In this document: one piece after another, positions 63,721 to 64,000 of the stretch
Layout: each line of letters begins with the position of its first letter
Position numbering within the stretch: position 1 is the stretch's first letter
Assembly: GCA_003162395.1 (NCBI GenBank)
Contig: PMON01000011.1
Span: forward strand, 3,392 to 67,391
Length of the DNA stretch: 64,000 bases
From: Acidimicrobiaceae bacterium
GTDB lineage: Bacteria; Actinomycetota; Acidimicrobiia; Acidimicrobiales; RAAP-2
Reading direction: 5' to 3'
Position numbers and translations under genes: made by a program
The notes under the pieces: generated by a model
Database searches by the model: none
What the model saw: only the letters and a program-made list of their open reading frames with translations
Told to the model about the DNA's origin: nothing

Positions 63721-63757
63721 GATGCAAATCCCACTGACGTCCGAGTGCAACTCGACG

Positions 63758-64000
63758 CTACGAGCAGCCCGACGTCGAGCCGCACGAGCCGCACACGTAG
63801 CACGACCCGGCGCGCTGCATCACGTTGCCGCAGCTGTAGCAGTACGGGGCGTCCCTCGGCTCGGCGCGAGCGGTCGTCGGCGCGGTCGTAGCCGGTGGCG
63901 ACGCGGGGGGCTCGATGCCGACCGAGACGGTCGCTTGCTCCTCGACGCCCGGGAGCGTTGGCTGCGTGCGCTCGCCGGTCGACAGCACGCCGAGGTCCTC
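63758..64000 (-). CDS. nrdJ: class II (B12-dependent) ribonucleotide reductase, C-terminal end; the gene continues beyond the window
   Basis: The frame is open to the window edge. The Cys-rich tail 'APYCYSCGNVMQRAGSCYVCGSCGSTSGCS*' is typical of actinobacterial NrdJ C-termini. Confidence 0.7.
   Translation of the reverse strand, partial: EDLGVLSTGERTQPTLPGVEEQATVSVGIEPPASPPATTAPTTARAEPRDAPYCYSCGNVMQRAGSCYVCGSCGSTSGCS

Overview
The window is a very GC-rich, densely coding chromosomal segment of actinobacterial type (G+C judged by eye, not computed). I support about 58 protein-coding genes. I found no rRNA, tRNA, CRISPR array, transposase, integrase or reverse transcriptase. Many of the longest ORFs in the six-frame track are antisense or 5'-over-extended artefacts, which is typical of high-GC DNA. 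Starts were therefore re-picked from recognisable N-termini, Shine-Dalgarno sequences and third-position GC.

Recognisable modules:
- A translationally coupled NHEJ operon (19.6-22.9 kb): ku, then ligD (phosphoesterase + ligase), then a separate LigD polymerase gene.
- A complete histidine-utilisation operon, hutG-hutH-hutU-hutI (24.4-29.7 kb).
- pheA, surE and arfB, and the 3' end of class II ribonucleotide reductase nrdJ at the right edge.
- An acyl-CoA cluster (50.9-58.5 kb): AMP-ligase, acyl-CoA dehydrogenase, fused isobutyryl-CoA mutase IcmF and an MFS transporter.
- A stretch at 32.8-45.4 kb rich in large exported repeat-domain proteins around a YciI/ECF-type sigma operon. It holds a 5x choice-of-anchor-D protein, a lipoprotein, an SGNH esterase, a 7-blade RCC1 + 8x FN3 protein of 1201 aa, and a membrane-anchored DMFase-like protein.
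- A 1187-aa S53 sedolisin fused to an IPT/TIG array (58.6-62.1 kb).
- Many singleton redox and hydrolase genes: P450, SDRs, F420-family enzymes, VOC, GNATs and GH16-like paralogues.

I do not see a clear-cut new system. The best candidates for a second look are:
- an orphan two-domain protein with a GIY-YIG/T5orf172-like signature behind a local GC dip (2.1-2.9 kb);
- the ECF-sigma-linked exported repeat-protein island, including the near-identical 294-nt FN3 tandem array;
- the split LigD architecture;
- the S53-IPT fusion;
- several short repeats or palindromes in intergenic regions;
- one frameshifted SDR gene.

All family assignments come from motif recognition by eye and need database confirmation.
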